Below, in pieces: positions 63,475 to 64,000 of a stretch of DNA of 64,000 nucleotides (positions are counted from its first letter, which is position 1; the number at the start of each line of letters is the position of its first letter). The position numbers were made by a program, and so were the translations under genes. The stretch lies in the IMG/VR virus record IMGVR_UViG_3300010373_000006, positions 5,198-69,197 of that record. The stretch is one strand, 5' to 3'. A model generated the notes under the pieces. The model worked only from the letters and a program-made list of their open reading frames with translations, had not been told where the DNA came from and made no database searches. The DNA comes from a virus.

Positions 63475-63659
63475 GGTGTCACGCGAGCGGCGACGTGGCG
63501 CGAAAATCCCGGGCGCCGCTCGCGTGGTGTAAATTGGTGGATGGCAATGGGGTTACGGAATGTGGCTTGGAAGGAAAGGAGGATCGGGAGGATGGAACGT
63601 GCGGCCTCTCGCAAACCGGCGTATAATCGGGTGCGGGGAAAGGGGTTATGAGGGGTGCT
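63475..63659 (+). promoter_or_regulatory. CRISPR leader
   Basis: 185-bp non-coding gap; TATAAT at 63622-63627, 32 bp upstream of repeat 1; no clear -35. Confidence 0.6.
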
Positions 63660-64000
63660 GTGTAATGCCCGGCAGAAGGCTTTGGATTCTGCGACGGTGG
63701 GGCCTTGCGTGTTGCCGCAGTCTCCAAGACGAGTGTAATGCCCGGCAGAAGGCTTTGGATTCTGCGACATCGTGTCGGAGGTCAGGGCCGAGTCGAGGAC
63801 TGGGTGTGTAATGCCCGGCAGAAGGCTTTGGATTCTGCGACGTGTCCTGGTGGGGTGTGGCTCTTCCGGGTTGCAACGTGTAATGCCCGGCAGAAGGCTT
63901 TGGATTCTGCGACTGTGATGTGGGTCTAAGATGCATGGAGCCCTTCTCTGTGTAATGCCCGGCAGAAGGCTTTGGATTCTGCGACCCGGAGTAGAGGTCG
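63660..64000 (+). CRISPR. CRISPR array: at least 5 identical 36-bp repeats, truncated by window end
   Basis: GTGTAATGCCCGGCAGAAGGCTTTGGATTCTGCGAC at 63660, 63733, 63806, 63878 and 63950; unique spacers of 37, 37, 36 and 36 nt plus a partial fifth; internal GCAGAA/TTCTGC stem. Confidence 0.98.

Noticed and set aside
63475-63659. tracrRNA / anti-repeat
   Set aside because: I found no convincing complement to the repeat here or upstream of the HTH; one beyond the window cannot be excluded.

Overview
This window is most of a temperate tailed (siphovirus-like) phage genome. It has high GC and its likely host is a planctomycete, inferred from the RimI and DnaB style and from a tRNA-Arg(TCG) att core. 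Layout: (1) early, replication and DNA-modification genes at 1-19.6 kb: RimI-like GNAT, ATP-grasp, AP2, Mom-like, replication initiator with internal iterons, DnaB, C5-methyltransferase, HNH, DUF5131, NADAR-HAD fusion, two Lar-like genes, DpdA-like plus QueE. (2) Tyrosine integrase with an apparently intact attP at about 19.5-21.2 kb. (3) A leftward array of small genes separated by repeated leader elements at 21.3-24.4 kb. (4) A putative non-canonical lysis block with a papain-like protease at 26.9-31.6 kb. (5) Lambda-type packaging, head and tail genes at 31.9-52.2 kb. (6) A glycosyl-, methyl-, sulfo-transferase and radical-SAM cluster at 52.2-57.8 kb. (7) Small leftward genes. (8) The headline system at 61.1-64.0 kb: a promoter, an HTH gene translationally coupled to a ~670-aa Cas12m (type V-M / V-U1)-like effector, and a CRISPR array of 36-bp repeats that runs off the window. 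Unlike the characterised nuclease-dead Cas12m proteins, this effector keeps a canonical D-E-D RuvC triad. No cas1/cas2 is visible. All family calls come from motif recognition by eye; no database searches were run.
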